Assembly: GCA_964016885.1 (NCBI GenBank)
Contig: OZ024741.1
Span: forward strand, 87,978,001-88,042,000
Direction of reading: 5' to 3'
DNA: 64,000 nt
From: Eledone cirrhosa
Lineage: Eukaryota
Positions 53,127-64,000 of the stretch are shown here, piece by piece. The notes under the pieces were generated by a model. That model was not told the DNA's origin and made no database searches. It saw nothing but the letters and a program-made list of their open reading frames with translations. A program made the translations under genes and the position numbers. Each line of letters begins with the position of its first letter. Within the stretch, counting starts at the first letter, position 1.

Positions 53127-54307
53127 TGGGCAGGTGAAATTAATTAATAGGTGTAAAAGTAATGATTTTATAAAGACACACAAATGTAAACTTTGTGCCT
53201 TACCTGTTAGATTTGTTATCCAACAATTTTAGCACTTTTACGAACAGGTGAATTAATTTAAAATGCAGGTATGATCAGTACAAGGTTTTAGTCTTTCTCT
53301 ACATTCCATGCAAACATTTTAATTGAAAAAAAAAGTTTTAAAAAACTTTTACCAGTCAAAATAATATTGGCAATGTACTGGGTAGATTTACATAACAGAA
53401 TGTGCCTAATATATAAGTTCATTAACAGGTTTGCACCTGGAGAATGTCCCCTCTATTTTTTTTATTTTTTTTTGTTAGTTTTATTTCTTGTGGTAGCCTT
53501 TCGCAATTCCCTGTTATTGTACCGCAGGTGTACTCATTCACACGGGCAAGATCCTCTGCCAGAAGCACTGAAGAAAAAAAACGGCCAAAATATACTTGTT
53601 TGTGTTGGGTTCAGTCACAGACCATACAGCATCGATCCCAATCCATTTTTTCTCTCTCTATTATGTTTTTTCCCCATGTAAATATCAAAGTTTGCACAGT
53701 AGCCTGAATAAAATCAGGAACATGTATTGGTGTGGTGTTTTTCGACCATGTTGCTGTAACATTTCAATTGCATCCTGGAGATATTCACTTTCGCTATCAA
53801 AACACTTTCAAATCATCGTCGGATGAATATTCAGAGATATACATATGTCTGATTCATTTGAAGATGAATCTGATATTTTCTTTTATTTCTTCTTCATTTT
53901 GAATTTCATCGCGTGTAAAACCTTCAAAGTCGGTATCGCTACTTTCACAAGCCATGTTGATACACACAAATTATGTTGTACTTCCAACGTTAAAAAAAAA
54001 CGTGTTGTTTCAAGTTTCACTATTAAGTGTTGTATTTCACGGTAAAGTCCTTATCTCTCAGTAATCTCAAATTGACGAGAATTTGATGACGTTTTTGTTT
54101 ATTTTTAGAACGATATCTTAATGTGGGTGTCTGAGGCTGGATTTGGCCAGTTTAAACGCTAAAGGGTTAATCACCTTTTGCCACCCCTAAAATGCTGGCC
54201 CTGCACCTAAATTAGAAAGTTATTGCAACTGTAAATTTACATTGACTTCCTAATGAGTATAATAGAAGTCTAATAGCAAGATTGTGAAAACCTTTTTATA
54301 TTTAGAA

Positions 54308-54630
54308 CAGGCATTTCCAACCACTTTGCTGCTGCTGTACATTTGTGTGACTTTTTTTAGGAGAGCCAGTATATTTTAAAAACTTGTGTTTTTGTGCACC
54401 ATATCAGTAATAGGTCTAGGGCCCCTACCAATTAAAACACTCAAGATACCTATACAGGTGTGAGTATAACAACCACACCAGTGCATGTGTATTCTTTTGT
54501 GGCAAAGTGTAATACATGTTCATCTGTTTTAAAACAATTTAGTATTTGTATCATAATAAAACTTAAAAGTAGCTGGTGGTGTGTTGTAATACTTCTAGGC
54601 CATGATCAAAAACGGTAAAAAATATTGCTG
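54308..54630. mobile_element. hAT MITE
   Basis: CAG...CTG termini with a perfect 8-bp TSD ATTTAGAA (54300-54307, 54631-54638). Confidence 0.72.
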
Positions 54631-57600
54631 ATTTAGAAGCTTCATGGTTGTTGTCCTTGTCCTCAACAAGAGCTTTAGTGGTGTATGTTAAACTTGGACT
54701 AACCCTGAGAATCAGAACTGGACTGTGGACTCCACATCTCTATCCTTTACTCTACAGCAGTTATGTCAAAAGTAACCATTATAAGAATCTAATGATATAG
54801 AAGAAATGAAAATAATTTGTCCTCCTTTTACCTTTCTTCTTTTGAAATGATTTTATTTAAATGTCGAACATTGTTAATTTATCCAAGTCCTTGTTCAATA
54901 TAAAAAAAAATCAGATATGAAAATATATACATTATTTGAAAATGTCATGGATCTCTTTTTGTTTTTAAGTTTTATTTTTATAAGTTCAACTTAAGGTCTT
55001 ATTTTACATGTGGGTGTTTTTTAAACGAACAATAGTGTTTCCGAAGTTAGTATTTGATTGTTTTACACATCAATATGGTTGGTGATAGAGAGGTCATTCT
55101 GTTGTGTCAACTGCATCTCTAGTGTTAATGCTATGATAAAAGGGACCCAGTACTGTGAAGTGGTTGATAGGAAGAGCATCCAGCTGTAGAAAACTTGCTA
55201 AACAAAGGGTTGAAGATGGACTCTTCAATTGTTTGAATGACATGAGAGCCTCCCTAGTGCTGGTGCCACAATAAAATACGCTCGGTTCATTCTGTAGAGT
55301 ATGAGACCGTATGTAAATCAGAAGCACCCCTAACTAGTGTCTCATAGGTCAGTGGCTCTGGCTAAGTACTGACATGGTCTGTGACAACTTATCCAATCCA
55401 TGCTGGCAGGAAAACATTAAATAATGAGGTTTACTGGGAATATTTATAATTGATTAAGCATAGTTCTTACCTTGTGTGTCTGCCAAACAATTCTTTAACA
55501 AAATGAAGAGATATACTTACTGATAAAATAAATTTTTATTTAAAACCTTCCCATAAGCTTCAGGAGACCTTTTGATTGCATTCCTATTATAGCTAAAAGT
55601 ATCTTTCATGTTGTCTAACTGATGATTTCACTTAGTCTGCTAGACTGTTGATAAAAATCTACTTATTTTGATTTTATAATACAAGCCAGTTATCCTTAAA
55701 TTTTAGCTACTCATTCTGAAATGACAAAGAAGTTAAAATCTGCTTTTGTCTTCAAAATTATATTTTTTGCTTTTGCTTAAGTCAGTTGCCTTAAATCAAA
55801 GTCCTGAATTTGATAAATGTGTTTATATATGAACTGGCTGAGTGCATAATATATTGGACTACCAACTCATGAGCCATTATTTCATTATTTTAATGCAAGT
55901 TGTTAATCTAACATTTTGTTGTCAGAAATCAGTGAAACAATTGTTATCTATCAGAATGTGTAATGTTCACACATACACATTCATTATATATAGATAGGGT
56001 TTAAATAGCTAAAGGTTGTTTGAGGATTTGTTTTCAAACTCCGTTTCAATGTTATATTGCAGGTAAATTCACTCGAGTATCGGTTCCATTATTGTTTGTC
56101 ATTTTAGAATTTTATCTAGATTGTATGACCAACTTCATCTATTTCTTTTGACTCCTATATCCTTTGTTTAATTCTTTCATTACCACATTTCTAATAAAAT
56201 ATTCTGTCTATGATTTGTAAATAATCAGGAATTTTTAGCAGTTTAATAAAATAACTTTCTCATTTAGGTTGGTGTTTGGAACATTAATTATTTAACAAAG
56301 GTTCTTAAATTATGATGGAATGTTTTTAAATAACACTTTAAAATATTCTACTTAATATCATAAAACCAGAGTTAGTTTCAAGTGGTTTGGTGTCAAAGAA
56401 GTTAAAACCTAAATATTTGTGTGTGCTGTTATGTTTTCTTTCACCAATTGTTTCAGCCTGCAAAATATTCAACCCATTGCCAGCTGAGAAAATGTATTTA
56501 ACTTATAGGTGATGGGAAGGGGGACATTCTTTTCATCTTAAATAGTTTGTTTCTGTATTATAATATCAAATGATATTCTCATGTCATTGGTGATTTTTAT
56601 TATATTATTTCTGTTCAAATATCTCTTATCCAAAATGTTTGTTGGGTAGTTTTGCCAGTAATTCTCAGGCCATGAATCACTGAATAACAGCACTCCATTG
56701 TAAAACACCTTTATAGCAGCTTGTAATTCTATTTAATACATAGTTATTTACATAAACTTAAATCCTATTTATTTTTTAGATTCAAATTTAGAAAGTGAAA
56801 TCTGTAATGTGATAATGAAACAGTATCAAATGATAGCAAATAGTCAACACTTTGCAGCAATTAATCTTACTTCATCCAAATTTCATTGCTCTTTAAAAAA
56901 ACATTTTAACGCTTGAATTTCAAGACAAATGTAAGCCAACCACTGAAAGCAATAGGTTGTTTTTGAAACATTAGTCAGGGTGTGTTTTTCATGCAATACA
57001 TACTTCATATTTAGTTGGGACTGCTAGGATTTTATGGTGTCTGTGTGTATATCACCCCCTATTATATTCTAGAAGGAAACTAGTGAATTACAACTTGGCT
57101 CATTCTTCTTTCTCAATTTTGCTGTATGTTATTGCTTCTTTTCCCTTGTGTGCTTTGTTTTGTTCATTTGTAATCTTTTATTTATTTATCCATCCTATGG
57201 AATGTTTTTGTTTACTGTGTTTGCTTGTCTGTCTGCTTAATTTCTTCGGGTCTTTTTGTTTTGTTTTTGTTGTTTTTCTTACCCCTTTCTATTATTTGTA
57301 TATTAAATGTTGTTGCCAACCAGCTTCAATTTCAATCTGCTGATGTCATGTTTCAATCAATACAGCTGCTTTTGAAAAGTCCTGACACATAGATGGTGGT
57401 GGGGGAGGGTTGATCATCTGTTTACAACTACAGTACTTTCAGATAAACCAACAGCATTACTGTCATCTCTAGTTTCATAGATTCATTGAATTTGTTTGTT
57501 TGTTTTTTTTTTGTTTTTTTTTATTTAATGTTTTATTCTGAAGGAAATATAATTTTCTTTTGTTTTTGTTTTTTAACTTGGACGTCTACAGACTAACAGT

Positions 57601-60600
57601 CTAATAATTTACTAATTATTTTGCCCCTCCATATTTACTTTTTCTAAATATATGATTACAAAAAGCTGTTGCTTGTTTGCTTTTCATTTGCTGTGTGATT
57701 GTTTGCTAGAGACAAGCTATATTATGCCCTCCTACATTCATGTGTATATATTTACATATGCATGTTTGGAACTCCCCCCTCATTTTTTTTAATCATCTCT
57801 ATATCATCTCACCTTTTCATATTACTGTTATTGTTTTGTTTTTTTATTATTGGGGGTGGGTAGCTAAACATCAATTACAAATTTGAAAATATAGCTGTCA
57901 CAATTCAGATAACTATGATTAACATTTGATTAAGTACTCTTGGAGACAGAAAAAGGTAAAAAAATGTGTCTCTGTCCACTTTTTTTTGTCTCCCAGTTTA
58001 TTCTGCTATCAACTATTATTTTAATGATCTGCATTGTGGCAACTATATTTCAAATTACTCAATGCTTCGTGAGTCAACTAAATCTTGTGTACACATCTAC
58101 AACATAATCCATATGTTCTATCAATTCTAATATTCCTTCTCAAATGTTTCAAAACTGGACTCGTTTTCCTTTATACTTATTTGTCTTTCAGGTATTAAAT
58201 TTAATTTTTTTAATTTCAGGATTTCCAATTAAATATCTACAACAGTAATAATTACTAAAACTTTAATGGCTATGTCCATTTTAATCTATTTTGAAAAGGG
58301 GGCAATAAAATACTCATTTATCTTAGCAAATCTATGGGAATAGGTAGATATAAATTATTTTTCATTTCAAAAGTGAAGAGGACTCTTCAGCTATGTCATG
58401 GTTATGACAACCCCTCTAATGCTGATGCCACAATAAAATGCACTTGGTAAGGCATGGGAATGTTTTGTATGGAAGATGCAGGCTCCCAGCCCTCTTGGGA
58501 AGTTTGATTCAGTCTCTGATGACCTGACCAACCCTTGCTAGCAGGAAAACGTACCTTAAATGGTAAACATTTTGGGGAAACAAAAAGTCTTACTTTGGCC
58601 CTACAACAATATTGAAACATTGCTTTCATTCAAATATAAATTTATAACTAGTCTTTGAGAACTGGAACTGATTGTTTTTCAGTGATAATTTTTAATGTTC
58701 TTTCAATCAACAATATTTTTTTTTCTTTTTTTTTCTTAAAAATTAGTTTGTTTTTGTTTTTGTTTTTTCTTCTTAAAGATTAGTTTTTTTATTTTTCATT
58801 ATTTTCAGCTCGTTTTTTATAGCCAATTTCAATTCAGATTTTTATTTTGTAACTAAAGTTTGAAGAAGTATTTATTACAGCTATCCCTTTTGATGAATTG
58901 TTATTACATTGGGCCTTAACCCATAACATCCTGTAATGATTTAGCAGAAAATATCTATTTAAAAAAATTTAATCCAAATGTTTACAGTGTCTTTTACTAA
59001 TGGACAGGTTGTCGAAATTTACAGTGTTAAAGTAGCCATGGTGGTGGTTTGTACAAGGATGCCTTGCCAATGCAGCTTTGTGTGGCACAAAAATTGGATT
59101 AATACTCAAATAGCTGCAAGTGAGCAACTGAGTTGACATCATCTTCTTAGCAGTCACCAATGAGGACAGAAATATTACCTTTATTTTGGAATTCAAGACC
59201 TCACCACTGCCACCCTTACATAGCCATGTCTACAATACCAGAGGACTCTTCACTTGTGTGAATGGTACAACCTCTCTAGTCTGTGATGCAATAAAACACA
59301 CCCTGTACACTCAGTAAAAGAGTTGATGATTGGGAGGGCATCTAATGGGTTGTGAGAATACTTCAGTTGTGTCAAAGGCATAACTTCCTCAGGGCTGATG
59401 CCAGAGTAAAATGCATCTGGTGCACTCTGTAGAGTGCAGGAGCATATGTACACAATGCTTGTCCCTGCCCCATCTGAGGGTCAGTAGTTTCAATTAGGTA
59501 ATGACTTGGACTGTGGTGACCCTCTAACCATTGCTATAAGGGAAAAAGTAGGCATTAAATGGTGATGGTGAGCTGAAAAGAGTGGAGATTAAAAAAAAGC
59601 TAAAATTTCAGTTTTCTCTATCCAAATGTCTATAAAGGAGTACAGTAACTGGAATTTTTTTTCCCCATGATTAACTAATATTACTCTTGTCCAACCCATA
59701 CTGGCATAGAAAATCAGATGTTAAATTATAATTCCTATGGACATGATTATAAAATTCCTGGGGTCATTAGGGGAATAATTAGTCACATTAAGCAAGAGGT
59801 AGCTGCATTATTCACAAACGTATTTATCTCAATAACATGCTTTTCTCTCTATATAACATTATGTATGCTTTTATAATATTATGTATGCTTTTAATGTTGT
59901 CATATATCTGTTACTTATCTGATTGCTTTTGTTCTGAGAAATGGTATTGTCAGTGATGCATGTATGGAGCCACCAGCAGAGGCTGGCAGTGTCTAATATT
60001 GTCCTAATATCCTAATGTTTCAGGAGGCATGTTTGTTTTATCCTATGCATGGATTATGGATTACATACAGTATTGGATTGCATTCTATATATATATATAA
60101 ATGAAATTGCCAATGTTGTATACAGTTATCTTTCTCTCACTCTCTCTCTCATTTTTATTTTATATTACTAATTTCTTTCTCAATGTCATATAAGGTAGAT
60201 ATAGCAGAAGATTTAGTACAGTGAATGATATAAGGGGATAAAGCAACCAAAAGTATATGGGATCAGCTTCCTTGAATTACAAATTAACAACTAGTCTTAC
60301 CTTAGAAGTGAGCATATTGATTGGCTTTGGATTTCTTGTTTCTGATTGGAGATTAGAGGGAAGACTGTTATCATTGACTTAGTAGCTAGTATCATAGCTA
60401 CAATTCACACTTTATTTGATGTATATTATTGGCACTCTCATCTGCTAATCCCCTTCATATTGTTCTTTAACTGCAGTCACACTGCATATTTTAAAAAAAA
60501 CACACACAAAATCTTTACTTTTCCTTAAAGATATTAATTAGAACAACAGGGAAGGGCATCCAGCCATAGAAAAAACCCCACCAAACAAAAGGTCAGGTGG

Positions 60601-61535
60601 ATTCTTCAGCTATACCTGAGACGTAACTTCCTTAGTGTTGATACCATGATAAAATGCACTCAGTGGAATATAGGATCATATGTGATTTGCAGTCCCCTCA
60701 CCAAGTCAGTGCAGGAATGTGCAAGCTCCCTATCTATGACTACCCTTCCGACCCTTGCTAGCAAGAAAACAGGCGTTAAACAATGATGGTGAAATTATTA
60801 GCCATCTTAATATCATATTGTATTATATGTAACAATCTAATTAGAAATTATTTCTGAACTAGACACAAAATTTACCCAATTACTGGGGTCTCTCTCAACT
60901 CTTAATTTTGATGAGCTATCATATTTTAATGTCTTATTGAATCTGATTTTTAAGATGCAATAGAAAGAGTGATGTGTTGGCAGCTATGATACTGCGTAGG
61001 ATGAGATCCAATAGAAATATGTTTTGGATTATTAATTATGCACCTCCAGAGGCCAACTTGTACCAGCAACCAAGATGAAAATAGCGTCGACATAGTCACT
61101 GGCTTGACCTGCTAGAGGTAGTAGCCAAATCTCTCAAGTTATCGCCAACCATCTTAAAATGGATATGTTGGAATAATGAAGTCTGATTTAGGGTTCACCA
61201 ACTAAAGAAAGCTTCGGACTAAACAAAGAGCACCCCAAATTTCCCTTCACACACATAGTAGACTAAATGTGTGGGTGCCGTTAGCTCTGTTGAAGGCATT
61301 TGAGCCAATTGGTCTGGCAGTGTCTTCTTTCTACCAGTGACAGAAGTGCCTGTCCTGTCTCAGCCATTAAAATAATGATATACTATGCATACTGCTTTTC
61401 TAATGGAATGTATGAAAATATTTACTTCATTTGCTGATAAAGTTTTGCTAAACATTTTTAATCCACTGGTTTCTATCTCTCCTTCTCTTTCACACATTAT
61501 ATATGTGTATATAATAAATATTATTTTATTTGTAG

Positions 61536-61604
61536 GATGGCTTTGCTGCACCAGATGATGATGGGTTTGCAGACAGTGCAGATGGCAACGTGGAAGAATA
61601 TTAA
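61536..61604 (+). CDS. MAPRE1: EB1/MAPRE last coding exon (acidic tail ending EEY)
   Basis: Not in the ORF track. tttgtag|DGFAAPDDDGFADSADGNVEEY*; continues YATE-DGF as in EB1 proteins and ends in the CAP-Gly-binding EEY motif. Confidence 0.95.
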   Translation, partial: DGFAAPDDDGFADSADGNVEEY

Positions 61605-63165
61605 GTGCTCACTTTTATATTTTGGAGGGCAAATACAAATTTGAACTCATTCTTTACTTATTCTCATTGGAAGATATCTATTCACAATCCCCATGTGATA
61701 TTTCATTGTGAGTGGCCCCTTTCAGTTGCAGCAGTTTGATATCCTTTTCATCTTCATTGTTATCAAAAGGGCTAAGTGAGCTAGCATCTGGGAGGGGTCT
61801 GCTGCTACTACGCATTACCACAACCTGAAAATATTGGGCTTTCCGCTGTAACCAGAACTTGGCCGAACCTCTTTATCTCATACACAGCAACTCTAGCTCT
61901 TTACTACTTTTTAAAAGACAATGACTGCTTCTCAAGCATTTTCAGTGAAGCTAAATGTAAATCAGGCTTTGTTCTTGTTACAATCGAAACATTACTATTA
62001 TTATCAAGTGGCTAAAGATTCTCTTATAAAATCGATTGCGAAGACTTTCTGATAGCCATCTCCTGTGTTTAGTAGCAGAAGGAGGTTACTATCTGGTGTC
62101 ATAGAGACTGCCTCCAATTCAATTTCCAAAGTAGATTGATTGGTAAGCAAGTTTATAATTGTGGAAGGAAGAGATATTGAGTTACTATACAAAGGTTAGG
62201 TATGATCTATCTTTTTCTTTCTCTCTTTCTTTCATGTGTAATGTATGTTTGTGTTTTTATGTATGTGATACGTGATTGTGGTGTATGTGTGGAATCTACT
62301 AATGTATATGTCTTTGTGAAAGCTGTACCTAAGGCTTCATAGAGCTTGTATCATACCATGGTGACTAGTCTACTTCTACATCAACTAAATATAACACAAG
62401 CTCTGTTTGAAGTGTCAGTTACTGCTTGCACACAAATATTCTTGTATAATAGTTAGTGTATGTTCCAGTTACTACAGGGACCCTTGCACTTCAAGTGGAC
62501 AAAACAGCAACTTACCAACTCCATCGTTTCAACAGTCCTGTCTATCATTCCCTTTTTGTCTGTCTCTGACTGTCAGTCTCCACCTAATCTTTTGGGTGTT
62601 TGCTACCTGTTGATGTTGTTTCTGCTTTATGTCTGAAATACCTAATGGCTATTCAATATCTTATTAATTTAGCTTTCCACTATGCAAAGTTCATTAAATG
62701 CTTCGTTGATGTTCAGGGAGGGAGTGTCATTTTCTTTTACTTTATTAATTTTTGTTTTATTATTTTGAATAAAACCTGAAATAAGACAATGAATTTCGTT
62801 TAAAAAATGTTATTTCCAATCATGATGTTATTTTTGTTTCTAAAAAAAAATACATTTCTACTATTAATCTACTAAAATTTTTTAAATCTTAAAATGTATC
62901 TTTAAATTTGCCTCAACAGCACTACTCTTTCTAGCTCTATGTATCAGTTTTTTCTGTTTTGCACACATGCACACTGACATAAATTTTAAACATGATCACA
63001 AGTGTTTTTAATATTTAACTCTCTCCCTTCCTCTCTCTCTCTCTCTCTCTCCATTACGCTGTGTTTCTTTGCTCTTGCTGATGTAGCAGTCAGTTGTACA
63101 TTATGTCCTATCATTTCATTTCTCCAGACAGATCAATAAATCAAATCTATAACAGCTATTTTTTA
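61605..63165 (+). other. Probable EB1/MAPRE 3' UTR with two candidate poly(A) signals
   Basis: No recognisable TE between the stop and ~63230. AATAAA at 62768-62773 and 63135-63140, the second followed by a U-rich tract. Confidence 0.55.
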
Positions 63166-64000
63166 TCTTTCTTTCTTTCTAAATTTATTTATATCAATGT
63201 TTTCCATGCTTTTGTGTAGTTAAAAAATATTCTAAAATCCAAGCATTGGTTTCACCTTTTTGATATCATATTTCTAATGAAAGACAGCCTATGATTTTAG
63301 AATAATTTTGAGACATTTAGTAAGATAAGCAACATCATTATTGAGCAGGTGTTTCGAACATAAAAGATTTTTACAAAAATTATGCTTAGATAAATATAAA
63401 CACCTATCATAGAACCAAGGGCAGTTTCAAGCTGTTTGGTATCAAAAGGGGTATATTATTAAGAACTTCTGAAATACTTGATAACTCTTCAGAATTCCAT
63501 TTCTATCACACCAGTAAACTAGAAAGACATTCTAATTCTAAGAGTCATGTGCACGTTTTTGTCTAATTGATCATAACTATCTAATTAAAAGAGACTCATT
63601 AAGCTATGAGTGCTGGCAAAGTAAGTCCTAGACACTCATTTATGTGTTTATCAGAGTAGTGTGAAATCAATTTGATTCTTGAATTAGGATAGTTGCTTTA
63701 GGTGGTAAACTTATAGTGCAATAGTCACTAGAACTGGTAGACTAATGATTGGTATATTGGGATAGTCATCATTATCCCAATCATTGTATTGCTGACCCTC
63801 AGTAGTTTAAAATGGGCTTCAACTCTACACTACAGTTGAGGGGTTGGGATGAAGAACATCCAGCTGAGTAAATTATGCAAGAATGGATTTTTTTTTTTCA
63901 TTACTGTTTAATTAGGGAGAGAAGAGTAGTGTTAATGTCTCATTTCAGGACTTCCAAGACTGGAGGGAAGAAAGATAGCACCCAAACTGGAGATCTGATC

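Noticed and set aside
57083-57343. 86-aa hydrophobic ORF as a membrane micropeptide (similarly 24032-24256, 52370-52555, 53367-53826)
   Set aside because: The F/L/V/C richness is what T-rich DNA gives on translation; 57083 and 52370 are better explained as splice-acceptor tracts.
1-64000. Prokaryotic systems (retron, group II intron, DGR, CRISPR) suggested by RT motifs
   Set aside because: The YADD RTs have non-LTR RTE/CR1 signatures, simple-repeat tails and TSDs. The locus has spliceosomal introns and no repeat-spacer array.

Overview
Eukaryotic, AT-rich, repeat-dense genomic DNA. The RTE LINE, tRNA-SINE and (ATG)n-tail repertoire suggests an octopod cephalopod (inference only). Two host genes sit head-to-head around a ~0.6-kb promoter region. 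On the minus strand is the first coding exon of proteasome subunit beta-2 (PSMB2; 20703-20793); I could not find any later exon, so intron 1 appears to exceed 20 kb. On the plus strand is a complete EB1/MAPRE microtubule plus-end-tracking gene: a probable non-coding exon ending at 21477, seven coding exons between 31357 and 61604 (807 nt, 268 aa, ending in EEY) and a ~1.5-kb 3' UTR. Almost all other ORFs in the track are LINE fragments, their antisense shadows, or noise. The introns hold RTE, CR1 and L2 LINE pieces, a decayed mariner, TcMar, hAT and piggyBac-like MITEs, and many SINEs. Most notable observations: (1) a recently active RTE LINE family whose ORF carries a C4HC3 PHD-type zinc finger inserted inside the reverse-transcriptase domain; (2) two candidate alternative exons in the last EB1 intron that would remove or replace the EEY tail; (3) a GC-rich multi-stem element just inside PSMB2 intron 1; (4) two near-identical inverted LINE copies bracketing the bidirectional promoter.
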